Positions 40,378 through 51,896 of a DNA stretch of 64,000 nt are shown here, one piece after another (position 1 is the first letter of the stretch; each line of letters starts with the position of its first letter). The stretch lies in NCBI GenBank assembly GCA_048571215.1, contig CP182352.1:1568001-1632000 (forward strand). The letters are read 5' to 3'. Below the pieces are notes generated by a model. The model did no database searches. It had not been told where the DNA came from and saw only the letters and a program-made list of their open reading frames with translations. The stretch comes from Halarcobacter sp. GTDB lineage: Bacteria > Campylobacterota > Campylobacteria > Campylobacterales > Arcobacteraceae. Made by a program: the position numbers and the translations under genes.

Positions 40378-43300
40378 CTATTTACTTGTAATTACTTTTA
40401 TTTTTGACGCAGCTGTATGTGATACAATATCTGGGTCATACATAGAAACAGCCAAAGCAGATGGAACAGTAAACTCACCAGCAGCAGTAGCTTTAACCTT
40501 ATAACGAAGTTCTGTCATCTTATTAGAAAAGCCAGCATAAAAAACAACACGATCTTCTCGTACATCAACATAATCAGATCTCCAATATGAATTTTTTCTT
40601 GGTACAGATTCTCTAATAACTTCAAATCCACCAGGAAGAAGGTCAATAAGAGCTACATTTGCTATATAAGATTTTTCTGTTGAACGAACCTTTATAATAA
40701 CTTCTATTTCATCACCTTGTTTTACTTCATTTACAATATTTCCTTTTTTATCAACATACTCTTTAAATATCTCAATACCCTTTGAAAATGGTTTTGAATA
40801 AGGAGTTTTATCATAACCTGACTGTACCAATTGATAAAATAAAGGTGATTTTGACTCTATTGTTAATTCTGGTTCATCTAAAGGAATATTTGCTTGCATA
40901 AAAGGTTTAATTTTTGTTTTTGGTAGTGCAATTTTTTTCTTAGCCACAACAAAAAACTCTAACTCATCTTTTCCATATTTATTATCATTTTTATTTGAAT
41001 AAGCACTTAAAGCAAGTGTAGTATAAGAAGCTGAAATAGTATTTAACTTCCCTTCAATAAGAGGTTGTAAAAGAGGCATAATATTCTCATCAACATCTAG
41101 CTCAATATTTGGAAAATGTGTTGCAACTAAATAAATATATTGTGCATTCATGGTTAGATTAGATTGAAAATCTGTGTATCCTGAAGCATATGAAGGATCA
41201 AACTCTTTTATCAATTTATCTGCTATCTTATTTTTTTTCAACAAAATATAAGAAGCTGCCATATATGCAGAAGTGATATCTTTTTCCCAATTTGTTTTGG
41301 TTTTTTGAAGTTCATCATGTAAATCAATAAGATAATTTGTTGCAAGCTCCTCATTTCGGATTAGAAGATAAATAGCTAATGCTCTACGACGAGATTCTTC
41401 TATGGAACTAGTACTTTTTCTTGCAATTTTACGAAGATAATCCATACCACCATCATATAAGTTTTTTGGCATTTTAGATAAAAGTGCATTGTTTTTTAAT
41501 TCTGTTAAAAAATGCATTGCATAAAGGGAAGCAAAATCATTAACATAATCAGAAGATGGCCAGAGAGCAAATCCACCATTGCTTAATTGTCTAGTTTGAA
41601 GCATAGAGATAACCCTATTTACTTTTGAATCAATATTGATATCTTCATATTTTGATGATTTAACTAGTGCTAGCCAAGGAAAGGTTTGAGAAATAATCTG
41701 CTCAGTACATCCATGGGGATAAGAGCTAAGATAATCTGTCAATCCACTAGCTAAAACAAAAGGTGAATTTGATGCGCTAAGTGTTTTGCTTGCCAATTGG
41801 GGATAAAGTGTTCTATCTGATTTTATAATACCAATATCTTTTTTGTATCCTGTTTTAACTATCGTCTCATAATTTTGTGCAGGTCTGATACTCAAAGTTG
41901 CACTTCGTGTTTGGAAATAATTTCCACTTTTAGCCATAAAAGAAATTTTCCCTTCACCTAAAGAGTCTTTAGCTTTAATTTTAAAAGTTACTTTATCTTC
42001 ATCCCCTTCAGAGATATTTTTAGTAATCATTTTTTGTGAAATAAGTTCTAGATTATCACTTAAATCAATAGAGATATCAATAGGAAGCTCTTTGCCACTA
42101 CCTTCTATAGAATTACTTACACCAACAGTTACTTCAAACTCATCATTAGGTGCAGCCATTGTAAGTACATTTAGAGATAAAACAAAAGGACCACGAACTA
42201 AAGTTTTTGTAAAGCTAGAACCCATAGCTTCATTGCTAACTGCCACAGCCATAACTTTTAATGAACCACTAAAGGTGTCAGGAACAATAAAACTTGTCTC
42301 TTTTTCATTGACATTTGCATCCATAATTCCAGACCAATATACAGCTGGTTTATCAAGTGTACGTTGAAAAGGATTTAGATTTGCTCCTAATGCCTCTTCC
42401 ATAGCTTGAGTACCACCACCAATACCTGCTGCTTCAATATAACGACTAAATTCAGGCAAGATAAGATCCAACATCTGATATGTTTGAACATCTAGTGCTC
42501 TTTTTTTTAGAAAATGTTTTAAAGGCTCAGGAAGCTTATATTTTGCCACTTGAAGAATCCCTTCATCAATAGCATAAACAATAATTTTTGATTTTCTATC
42601 TGCTTTATATTTAATATTTAGTTTTTCACCCGGTTTTATGATTTTTGGAGTATTTAAATCTATTTTAATACGACGTTTGTCTTTATTTATATTAAACGGT
42701 ACGATTGCATATGATAAAGGTGAAGTAAATATCTCCTTTGAGTTAATAGAGCGAACAAAGGTTACATTAACATAGGCATTTCCCTCTAAACCTTCAGGAA
42801 GTCTAATCTTTTGAATTGAACTCTTAGTTGTGCTTGTAAACCATTTATGGGCATAAACATCATCACTTTCAATAGTGATAAGTCCTGTTCCAATATATGG
42901 AGAAACTATATTCATCTCAATCATTTCTCCAGTTTTATAAGTCTTTTTATCTAATTTTACAGATAATTCAGCATTTTTTTCTATTGCACCTGTCATATTA
43001 CTTTTTACCGCAATATGATAATCTATACTAGAAAGAAGTTTCCCCTTAGAATCTAAAATATTAAGTGTATAATTACCACCTTTTTGTGTATCTAGTTTAA
43101 TCTTTGTACCACTTACTTCAATAGAAAACTCTTTAGTTGATAAGGTATTCTTTTTGATTACTGTTTCATATCTATATCGACCATCTTTTTGTTTTGTTAA
43201 AACTGATAGATTTTGGTTTTCAAGTAGTTCTAATTTTAAATTTTTTAGATTTATCTTATTTAATTTTGAATCAACAACAATAAAATCAAGAGTTCTATCT

Positions 43301-45963
43301 TGATCTTTTTTAAGATATGATAAATCCCCATCAGCTTTTACTCCTATTATATAATCTGCATCAGAAACTAAAGTTGAAGCATTTGCACTAACACTTCTTC
43401 CCCCATCAGGTTCAAAGCCTTCTGCATTAAAATCAACACGAAACTCCCCTCTTTCATAAGGTAGTTGAACATCAAAAGAGGCATAACCTTTATCATCTGT
43501 TTTTATATCATTGAAGCTTATATTTTTATAATGACGTATTTTTTCATTTAGATGAGCAGGTATAAATTTATACGATTTAAATTTTTCAAAATGAAATGCT
43601 ACTGGGATAATAGTTGCATTTGCACGAATATTTCTATTTTGTGCAGGAAGACCAAATAGATTAGAAAGATTTACTTCTGCTTTCAAATCTTTTATTTTTC
43701 TCCAACCTAAAGTGATATTAGGGGTAAATTTAGTTTTAATCTTCATAGTATCAGGTTGGAACTCTTCAACAGAGAAATTTGTTCCACCTAAATAAATCTC
43801 TTCTTCATATTTTGGTGTTTTTCTAATAGGTAGATATACATTATAAGTATAATATCCAGTTGAACTTACTAAAGAGGTTGCCATATCAATCTCAAAGAAT
43901 CCACTTTTATCTAAAGAAAAATCTTTTTTATATACAAGTTTATTACGAGCATCAAAAACCTTTGCTCTTACTACTGTTCCACTTTCAAGGTTAAAATCAC
44001 CTTGTCGTACGATAGAAGCCACATGAACACTTTCCCCTGGACGATATATACCACGATCACTAAATGCATAGGCAGTTAATTCATGTTGTTTATCGTCATT
44101 GTATGAGCTAACTCCTGCAATATCAAATTTAGAATAATTTATATTTCTTCCAAAACCTTGATAAGGGATAAAAGAGAGGTCATTTCCTTTTCTAGCAACA
44201 ATTACAGTTGGAGCTTGGGCATTTCTAAAACTATCTAAATTAAAAAAACTAAACTTTCCTTCAGATGTTGTATATCCTGAACTAATTGCTTGCCCATTTT
44301 TTCCTAACACACTTACTCTTACATCCTCTACTGGTTTGCCAGAAGAGATTGATTCAATAAAAACATCTCTACTTCCATCACTTGCTCTTTTTACAACTAT
44401 ACCCATATCTGTAACAACAATAAGTCTTTTATCTTGCAAATAATAATCTCTTCTATTTTTTTGAATATTATAATCTTGAACCTTAACAAAAAAGATTCCA
44501 CTACCATTATTATATAAGTATTTAGATAGATCCAATGAAGCAAAATTTTGTTCTGCTGGATCTGTATTTGCCAATGAAATATACTCTTCTAACTGTTTAT
44601 CAGTAATATTTTCAGAATTAAAAGAATAAGTATTAAAAATTGGAGATCTAATATCTCCTCTTGACTGGGAGATAAGATGATTTATCTGTTCATCTTGCAA
44701 TTTTTGTACAGTAACTTTTAAACCTGACAATCCTCTAACTGCAAAACTAAGCTTTTTTTCACCAGGTAAAGCAAGAAGTGAACCTTCACCCATGATTTTT
44801 AACTCAGTAGGATAAGAGGGAATAGTTCTTTTTACTCTAATATCACGACGAAGTTTAAATCCATTGATAGACTTCATACCTTTTTTAAGAGTAAGGTAGA
44901 CACTACCAGCAATAGGTATTTTAGATTTCAAAAAATAATCTTTTGAAGATGTTTTCTCAATAGGCAATATACTTATACCTTTTTCATATATTCTACTATT
45001 GACAGATTTATCCCTTGTTACTACATCTATTGAGATATTGTTTGAAAACTCTTCAAAAGATATGGCATCTGTTAATGATATATGAAATATTTGTTCAGGT
45101 TTATCATCCTTATTTCTAACTATAGAATAATCTGCATTATCAAGTTTTAAAAAACTATAAATATCAGGTATTAGTATTTTATCTTCTTGTGGCTCATGAA
45201 CTAAAGCTTTGCCTAAAGTGGTTTCTACACCTTTTTCTAACATTAGGGTTAAATAATGCTCTTTAGGTGTAATAGAGATTGTATTTGAACGTAAATAAGC
45301 AGTTTTAAGATCTTTTTCATAAGTTAATTCATATGGAATAATTTGGGAATTTGCTTTATCAATAAGTTTAAGATTTTTTGCCAAAGATTCTTTATCTACA
45401 GGATGGGTAAAAGTGATTGTAGAATAAATATTATGTTCTTTTCCACCTGCAACATCTTGTTCTAAATTGATATTTTTAATAGTAGCTTCAAAGGGTGGAG
45501 TTTTCCATTTTAAACTATTATTAGATAATTTTAAAGCGTTTTTATCAAATAAGCTTTGTTGAAAATTGACAACAAAATTTTGATCTGCTGGCCAATCTTG
45601 TTTAGGGACAAAGGTAAGAGTATTTTCACTTGTCCATTTCCAACTACCAGATATAGCAGGTAAAAGAGAGATACCTTTTTTTACCTCTTTACCTATTAAA
45701 TTTATAGGAGCAATTGGCGAATTTATTTGTTTCTTATAATTTTTATTTTTAGTATCAGCTACATTGGAGAAGCTTATACTTAAGTTGTCAGGGGTATTAT
45801 TGTATGTAATAGAGGGAATAGATGTTGAATCAATATTTAAGGATGCTTTTTCATCAGGATAAAAATACTTATAAGCTAAAGCTCCAATAGCAAGAACAAA
45901 AAGTAATCCTAATACAACAAATTTATTTCTAATATTTTTAAATGAAAATTTTTTATCTGACAT
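40378..45963 (-). CDS. Bacterial alpha-2-macroglobulin
   Basis: 1861 aa; DRGIYRPGE, AIDEGILQ, thioester motif YPHGCTEQ, DVREDRV. Confidence 0.93.
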   Translation of the reverse strand: MSDKKFSFKNIRNKFVVLGLLFVLAIGALAYKYFYPDEKASLNIDSTSIPSITYNNTPDNLSISFSNVADTKNKNYKKQINSPIAPINLIGKEVKKGISLLPAISGSWKWTSENTLTFVPKQDWPADQNFVVNFQQSLFDKNALKLSNNSLKWKTPPFEATIKNINLEQDVAGGKEHNIYSTITFTHPVDKESLAKNLKLIDKANSQIIPYELTYEKDLKTAYLRSNTISITPKEHYLTLMLEKGVETTLGKALVHEPQEDKILIPDIYSFLKLDNADYSIVRNKDDKPEQIFHISLTDAISFEEFSNNISIDVVTRDKSVNSRIYEKGISILPIEKTSSKDYFLKSKIPIAGSVYLTLKKGMKSINGFKLRRDIRVKRTIPSYPTELKIMGEGSLLALPGEKKLSFAVRGLSGLKVTVQKLQDEQINHLISQSRGDIRSPIFNTYSFNSENITDKQLEEYISLANTDPAEQNFASLDLSKYLYNNGSGIFFVKVQDYNIQKNRRDYYLQDKRLIVVTDMGIVVKRASDGSRDVFIESISSGKPVEDVRVSVLGKNGQAISSGYTTSEGKFSFFNLDSFRNAQAPTVIVARKGNDLSFIPYQGFGRNINYSKFDIAGVSSYNDDKQHELTAYAFSDRGIYRPGESVHVASIVRQGDFNLESGTVVRAKVFDARNKLVYKKDFSLDKSGFFEIDMATSLVSSTGYYTYNVYLPIRKTPKYEEEIYLGGTNFSVEEFQPDTMKIKTKFTPNITLGWRKIKDLKAEVNLSNLFGLPAQNRNIRANATIIPVAFHFEKFKSYKFIPAHLNEKIRHYKNISFNDIKTDDKGYASFDVQLPYERGEFRVDFNAEGFEPDGGRSVSANASTLVSDADYIIGVKADGDLSYLKKDQDRTLDFIVVDSKLNKINLKNLKLELLENQNLSVLTKQKDGRYRYETVIKKNTLSTKEFSIEVSGTKIKLDTQKGGNYTLNILDSKGKLLSSIDYHIAVKSNMTGAIEKNAELSVKLDKKTYKTGEMIEMNIVSPYIGTGLITIESDDVYAHKWFTSTTKSSIQKIRLPEGLEGNAYVNVTFVRSINSKEIFTSPLSYAIVPFNINKDKRRIKIDLNTPKIIKPGEKLNIKYKADRKSKIIVYAIDEGILQVAKYKLPEPLKHFLKKRALDVQTYQMLDLILPEFSRYIEAAGIGGGTQAMEEALGANLNPFQRTLDKPAVYWSGIMDANVNEKETSFIVPDTFSGSLKVMAVAVSNEAMGSSFTKTLVRGPFVLSLNVLTMAAPNDEFEVTVGVSNSIEGSGKELPIDISIDLSDNLELISQKMITKNISEGDEDKVTFKIKAKDSLGEGKISFMAKSGNYFQTRSATLSIRPAQNYETIVKTGYKKDIGIIKSDRTLYPQLASKTLSASNSPFVLASGLTDYLSSYPHGCTEQIISQTFPWLALVKSSKYEDINIDSKVNRVISMLQTRQLSNGGFALWPSSDYVNDFASLYAMHFLTELKNNALLSKMPKNLYDGGMDYLRKIARKSTSSIEESRRRALAIYLLIRNEELATNYLIDLHDELQKTKTNWEKDITSAYMAASYILLKKNKIADKLIKEFDPSYASGYTDFQSNLTMNAQYIYLVATHFPNIELDVDENIMPLLQPLIEGKLNTISASYTTLALSAYSNKNDNKYGKDELEFFVVAKKKIALPKTKIKPFMQANIPLDEPELTIESKSPLFYQLVQSGYDKTPYSKPFSKGIEIFKEYVDKKGNIVNEVKQGDEIEVIIKVRSTEKSYIANVALIDLLPGGFEVIRESVPRKNSYWRSDYVDVREDRVVFYAGFSNKMTELRYKVKATAAGEFTVPSALAVSMYDPDIVSHTAASKIKVITSK

Positions 45964-46067
45964 AATCTCTCTTTAGTTTTTTTATAAATAATACTATAAA
46001 TTATATGAATAGCACCTAATATCAGCTTAGCTATAATGAAAATATATTAATTCATATTTTTTTAATG

Positions 46068-46349
46068 CTATTCATAAACATGCAAAGTTATATCTGCACC
46101 TTTTTGTCTTATAGAAACTATACTTTGATACTCATTGCTGTTATACCATTGCTTGGCTTTTTCTAAGGTTTCAAACTCTATTGCAACAACTTCAGGGTAT
46201 TTTGTTGTACCAACAAAACTTTCAGTTTTTGTTCCTCTTAGTAATATTTTTGCACCATATGGTTCTAAAGTATTTTTTACTTTATTTTTATATTCTAACC
46301 ATTTTTCCATATTTTTTATACAAATTTGCCCTATTACATAAACTGCCAT
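46068..46349 (-). CDS. DUF1330 family protein
   Basis: YGAKILLRG, IEFETLEKAKQWYNSNEYQ. Confidence 0.85.
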   Translation of the reverse strand: MAVYVIGQICIKNMEKWLEYKNKVKNTLEPYGAKILLRGTKTESFVGTTKYPEVVAIEFETLEKAKQWYNSNEYQSIVSIRQKGADITLHVYE

Positions 46350-46423
46350 TATTAAACCTTTCGATAGAATACCATTTTATAAATATTATCTAATTATTTA
46401 TAAAATATTATTAGGAGAATATT

Positions 46424-46840
46424 ATGAGGACCTTGGAAAATTTTTTATATAGAGTACTTAGTGATAGTGTTGGAAAACTTATCTTAAGACTTATGTTAGG
46501 CTTTTTAATGCTATTTCATGGATATAAAAAAGCTATTGGTGGTATAGAGGGGATTAAAACACTTGTTGTAAATAATGGTTTCCCAGAATTTATTGCTTAT
46601 GGAGTTTATATTGGTGAGATTGTGGTACCTATTTTTATAATAATAGGACTATATACAAGAGTTAGTAGTCTTATTTATGCATTTACTATGGCTGTTGCAA
46701 TTTATTTGGCTCATTCATCACACATATTTGGTTTAACAAAAACTGGTGGATTGATAATTGAAACACCTTTATTGTTTATGTTTAGCGCACTTGCTTTAAT
46801 GTTTCTTGGTTCTGGAAGATATAGTATAGATAAAAGATAA
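46424..46840 (+). CDS. DoxX family membrane protein
   Basis: LRLMLG..HG, GLYTR, GSGRYSID. Confidence 0.88.
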   Translation: MRTLENFLYRVLSDSVGKLILRLMLGFLMLFHGYKKAIGGIEGIKTLVVNNGFPEFIAYGVYIGEIVVPIFIIIGLYTRVSSLIYAFTMAVAIYLAHSSHIFGLTKTGGLIIETPLLFMFSALALMFLGSGRYSIDKR

Positions 46841-46892
46841 TAACAATATAGATAAAATTAAGATACAATGTAAGCTATAAAGGATAATCTAA

Positions 46893-47603
46893 ATGGATAT
46901 AACAAGTACAGATAAACTAGCAGTTTTAATAGATGCTGATAATGCCCAAGCATCTGTTATCACTGAATTATTAGAAGAGATTGCAAAATTTGGAATTACA
47001 AATATAAAAAGAGCATATGGAGACTGGACAACTAGCCAACTTAAAGGTTGGAAAGATCATTTACACACTCATGCTATACAACCTATTCAACAGTTTAGCT
47101 ATACAAATGGGAAAAATGCAACAGACTCTTCACTTATAATTGATGCAATGGATATCTTACATGAAAATAGATTAGATGGTTTTTGTATAGTTTCATCTGA
47201 TAGTGATTTTACAAGATTGGCAACAAGAATCAGAGAATCAGGACTTAAAGTCTATGGCTTTGGTGAACAAAAAACTCCAGAGGCTTTTATCTCAGCTTGT
47301 GATAAATTTGTCTATACAGAGAATTTAAGAGAAATAAAAGAGATACCACAAACAAATAATGAACAAAATAAATTAAAAGAGATTATAACAAAAGCTATTT
47401 CAGCTGTTTCAGATGATGATGATTGGGCAAATCTTTCTGCTGTTGTAATACATATAAATAAAAACTATCCTTCATTTGACCCAAGAACATATGGATTTGA
47501 AAAATATGGTAAACTAATGAAATCTTTAGATTATATTGAAATAATGGAAAAACCATTTAACAAAAATAGAAATGTTCATATTTATATAAAAGTAATTAAT
47601 TAA
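46893..47603 (+). CDS. NYN (PIN-like) domain protein with C-terminal OST-HTH/LOTUS domain
   Basis: LIDADN, RAYGDW, GKNATD, SSDSDF; FDPRTYG. Confidence 0.88.
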   Translation: MDITSTDKLAVLIDADNAQASVITELLEEIAKFGITNIKRAYGDWTTSQLKGWKDHLHTHAIQPIQQFSYTNGKNATDSSLIIDAMDILHENRLDGFCIVSSDSDFTRLATRIRESGLKVYGFGEQKTPEAFISACDKFVYTENLREIKEIPQTNNEQNKLKEIITKAISAVSDDDDWANLSAVVIHINKNYPSFDPRTYGFEKYGKLMKSLDYIEIMEKPFNKNRNVHIYIKVIN

Positions 47604-47625
47604 AATTGAAATCCTATTTCAAATA

Positions 47626-49524
47626 TTATTTTACTTTATCTTCTTCTTGTATAGTATACTCCTCCGAAGGGATTAGAATAGTAAATTCTGCACCTATATA
47701 CTCTTTCTCTTCGTATATGAAAACTTTATTAGCAACAGTAATAGAACCTTTCATATGTTTTTTTATCATCTCATTTGACATATATAAACCAATTCCTGTA
47801 CCCTTATCTTCAGCCTTAGTAGTAAAATAAGCATCAAATACTTTACCTATTATATCTTTAGAGATTCCACCTGCGGTATCATAGATTTTCAACTCTATAC
47901 ATTTACATTTTGAAACATCATTTGAAACTTTTTCACCGCATACTTCGATTTCTCTTGCTTCTATAAATATTATTTTTTCTTCAAACTTAATTTTTTCTAA
48001 TTCATCTATTGAGTTGTTTATAATATTTAATAAAACTTGTATAAATTCATTTTCAAAGCCATATGCTTTTGTTTCCTTTATATCTTTTACTATTTTTATC
48101 AATTTATTTTTAAGTTTTGATTCAACTAATAAAAATACATTATCTACTACTTTCTCTATATCGAAAAATTTTGTTTCCTTATCTGGTCTAAAATAGTTTC
48201 TAAAATCATCAATAGTATTATTTAAGTGCTTCACCATATTTTCTATTCCTATAAGCGTTTCATCTAAAAATTTACTATCTAAACTTTCATAATCATTTTG
48301 TAGTCTAAGTCCAGTAGAACTAGTAAGAATAAAAGATAAAGGCTGTCTCCATTGATGAGCTATATTCTCTAACATTTCACCCATTGAAGCCATTTTAGAC
48401 TGTTGAGCTAGAAGTTTGTCTTTTTGGAATAACTATTCTGCTATTTTTTCTTTTTCAGTTATGTCAATATAAATACCAAGGATTCCTATTATCTCATCTT
48501 TAGTATTTCTCAAAGGAACCTTTGATGTTAAAATTTTTATTACATTACCTTCAGAATCAGTTAGAGTCTCTTCAATTTGCAACTTAGCAACTCCACTATT
48601 CATTACACTTTCATCATCAGCAATATATTTTGTAGCTTCTGATTTTGCCCAAGGCATATCACGATCTGTTTTACCTAATATCTCTTCTTGTTTTTCACAT
48701 CCAATATTATTTAAGAAAAATTTATTTGCACCTAAATATACATTATTTCTATCTTTCCAAAATACAGAAGCAGGAACAGAATCAATTATATTTTGTAATA
48801 ATATTCTAGAGTTTTTAAACTCCAAGATACTATCACTTAAACTCTTTTGTGTCTTAACTAGTTTATTCCCTATTCTTAGAACTTTTTTATTCAAAAAGAA
48901 AATTACAACAATAGTCAAAAATAAAATAAAAACTATAAACAATATTGAATAATATGTTGTGAGAGTTATTTGCTTAGATATATAAGCCTTATCTTTATGA
49001 TCAATTTGTTTAAACTCTTCTAAAATAAATCTTTGATATTGAAATAGAAATTCCATTTTTTTTGTTAAAGAGTCTACAACTAAAAACATTTCACTTCTAT
49101 CTTTTAAAGCAAACATTTCTCCTTTTAACATAAGAAGTGGTTTTTGATGTAAATTTTGAGGTTCTAATACTTTTTGATGTAAAATTGTTGTAATCTCTTT
49201 TATCTCTTTTTTACTTACATACCATAAATTATCAAATCTTTTCTTTTGTGAAGGAGATAAACTCTTAAAGTCCCTATCAAAATTTTCAATAGAACTAAAC
49301 CACAATTTTATTGCTTCAGATAAATCTTTTGTTATTAAAAGATTTTCACTATTTATCTTAACTTCTAAAAAACTATTTTTTGCTTTTGATATTACTGATA
49401 ATTGGTCATTTAATAATTTGATTTTATTTAAAGAGATAAATAGTACTGTACTAGTTAGAAGTAATCCAACAATGAGTACTATAAAACTATAAAAACTAAT
49501 ATCTTTTATCTTTAATTCACTCAT
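47626..49524 (-). pseudogene. PAS sensor histidine kinase interrupted by an in-frame TAG at 48433-48435
   Basis: Same frame reads ..EKEKIAE*LFQKDKLLAQQSKMASMGEMLENIAHQWRQP.., joining ORFs 48433-49524 (TM, PAS) and 47626-48393 (HisKA, HATPase). Confidence 0.88.
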
Positions 49525-50989
49525 TTAGGGATTCCTTATAAAGTTTTATTTGTTTATCAAGTCCAAGTTTTTGAGTAATTTCATTCCACTTTTTAGCTGT
49601 CAAATCAAGAGCTTCTTCTGAAGACAACTCTCTTTTTATTGCTTTAATTAAATATTTATCAAAAGCATCATAATATAAATCTGCACCAGGAATTCTAATA
49701 TCACTAATCGAGTTTTTATTACTTAAAGACTTAGATATTACATCTAAATACTCTTTTGCAGATTCTTTTGAGAAGTCATTTTTTTCCCAAAGTTCTAAAT
49801 TAGTTGTTTGAAGATGTGAATATCTAGAAGGATTTATACCACTTGAACCTATAGGTACATATTTTGATGTCATTTTTTTAGATGTCATATATGCAGCAAA
49901 TTTAAATGCTAATTCTTTATTAACTGCATCTTTATTTACAACTATTACCCAATTTCCACTTATGGAAGAGGGATTATTATACCTTACATCCCAACTCTTT
50001 GTATCACTGTTATAAACACTATTTGAACCTGGAAGTTTTGCATATCCAACTTTATTTTTAACAACACTCTCCTTTGAGTTTTGAGCCATAGCACCTGCAT
50101 CTGCCCAATCCAAAATCATAGCAACATCCCCTCCAATAAAACTTTGTCTTACATCTGTTGGTTCAAAATTGGCAACTTGAGCAGGAGCATATTTCATAAT
50201 ATTTATATATTCTGTTAGTGCTTTTAGAAAAGCTGGATTATTTATCTTAGGATTCATATTTGAATCAAAATAAAACTCCTTTTTATCTGGATATTTTGCA
50301 TAAGCAGCAGCTCTTGCAAAAAATTCAAACATTGTTCCATAACCTTTTTTTCTACTTTCAGCAAAGCCATATTCAATCTTTCCATCATTGTCCCAATCCC
50401 AAGCATTAAAAAATTTAGCTATATCTTTATACTCTTTCCAAGTTTTTGGAGTATCTAAGTCATATCCATACTCATTTTTAAATCTTTTTTTATACTCTTC
50501 ATTTTCAAAAATATCTTTTCTATAATATAAATTAATGCAATCTCCATCATAGGGAAGGAAATAGTATTTTTTATTCCAAGAGAGAACTTGATTTTTATAT
50601 ATGGGCAAAATATCATCCCACTCTATCTCTTTTTTAACCCACTCAGGAATCTCAGCAGCATGTTCATTTGCCAATAAAGAACCACCCCATGATGAAAAAA
50701 TAACAAATACATCGTAATTTATTTTTTTATCACTGAAAGACTCTTTTATTTTTTGAATCATATCATCCCAACTAGGAGATACAACTCTTACCTTAGCACC
50801 CGTTATATCTTCAAATTCTTTAATCTCTTTTCTTATAGGACCAGTTATTGCCTTGTCAAAATTAGGAGCGATAGTTACAATAGTAATGTTTTTATATTTT
50901 GATACTTCATTAGAGTTTTTTTTCTTATCATTGCAAGCAGTAAACAATAGAATAAATAATACAAATAAAATTAAATGAAAACTTTTCAT
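49517..50989 (-). CDS. Extracellular solute-binding lipoprotein (sugar-binding family 1-like)
   Basis: Lipobox FTAC, LPYDGD..LYYRKD, PKTWKEY. Confidence 0.85.
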   Translation of the reverse strand: MKSFHLILFVLFILLFTACNDKKKNSNEVSKYKNITIVTIAPNFDKAITGPIRKEIKEFEDITGAKVRVVSPSWDDMIQKIKESFSDKKINYDVFVIFSSWGGSLLANEHAAEIPEWVKKEIEWDDILPIYKNQVLSWNKKYYFLPYDGDCINLYYRKDIFENEEYKKRFKNEYGYDLDTPKTWKEYKDIAKFFNAWDWDNDGKIEYGFAESRKKGYGTMFEFFARAAAYAKYPDKKEFYFDSNMNPKINNPAFLKALTEYINIMKYAPAQVANFEPTDVRQSFIGGDVAMILDWADAGAMAQNSKESVVKNKVGYAKLPGSNSVYNSDTKSWDVRYNNPSSISGNWVIVVNKDAVNKELAFKFAAYMTSKKMTSKYVPIGSSGINPSRYSHLQTTNLELWEKNDFSKESAKEYLDVISKSLSNKNSISDIRIPGADLYYDAFDKYLIKAIKRELSSEEALDLTAKKWNEITQKLGLDKQIKLYKESLNE

Positions 50990-51082
50990 ATTATTTCCTA
51001 ATGTTTTATTTTTATATAATAATTTTAGCTAAATAATATATAAAGTCAATAAATGGTTTTATAATAAAATTAATAATTTAAT

Positions 51083-51832
51083 CTAACATTTATAAGCCTT
51101 AACTCTTAATCTTACATAATCAGCAATCCAAGCATCTTTTTCCTTATATAGTTTTAGTTTTAATATCTCTTTTACTTCTTCTTTAAATAATATTTTTTGC
51201 TCAGCTGTTAAATTTTTAGTTATACCATTTGCAAATATATCTAACCAGTTTGTGATATCATCAATTGGTGTTGGTCTTGGTATTAGTTCTATATATTCTA
51301 CTCTGAAGCCATTATTTTCCAAAAGCGTTTTATACTCTGTATCACTTAAAAAAGTCCAAGGATTATTAAACTCTCCCCAGGAAGGATTCTTATCAAAAAC
51401 TTCTTCCATAGCATCGGTTAGACTCTTAATATTTCCATAGCCTCCAAATTCAGCTACAAATCTACCCTCTTTTTTTAAAGCTTTATTTATCTTATCAATT
51501 GCAAGTTCACTATTCTTTACCCAATGTAATACTGCATTTGAGAAAACTGCATCAAACTCATTTTCAAAATCCAAATCTGTAGCACTTCCAACACTTGCTA
51601 TTATTCCTTTAGATTTTGTTTTTTCAACCATATCTTCACTTAAATCTATACCAATAACTTCAGCTTTTGATTTTTTTATCTCTAAAGCTAAAGTTCCCTC
51701 TCCACAACCTAAATCCAAAATTCTCTCGCCCTCTTTTGGATTTAATAATTCAACTACCCCTAATGCCAAATTTGATACAAAATTTGCATGTATTTTATAT
51801 TTATTTGCATTCCAACTATTTGATTCTTTCAT
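51083..51832 (-). CDS. Class I SAM-dependent methyltransferase (Tam-like)
   Basis: ILDLGCGEG, FDAVFSNAVLHW, DYVRLR. Confidence 0.9.
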   Translation of the reverse strand: MKESNSWNANKYKIHANFVSNLALGVVELLNPKEGERILDLGCGEGTLALEIKKSKAEVIGIDLSEDMVEKTKSKGIIASVGSATDLDFENEFDAVFSNAVLHWVKNSELAIDKINKALKKEGRFVAEFGGYGNIKSLTDAMEEVFDKNPSWGEFNNPWTFLSDTEYKTLLENNGFRVEYIELIPRPTPIDDITNWLDIFANGITKNLTAEQKILFKEEVKEILKLKLYKEKDAWIADYVRLRVKAYKC

Positions 51833-51896
51833 ATCATTCCTTTTGTAAATCTATAAGTATTTTACAAAAGTTTAAAATATATATGTACAAGAAATC

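Noticed and set aside
40378..45963. Alpha-2-macroglobulin + pbpC as a novel defence system
   Set aside because: Well-known conserved gene pair
46893..47603. NYN-LOTUS protein as a trans-acting CRISPR effector
   Set aside because: About 27 kb from the array, widespread stand-alone family, no sensor domain
48433..48435. Pyrrolysine or stop-codon reassignment
   Set aside because: TAG ends other genes here normally and no pyl genes are in the window
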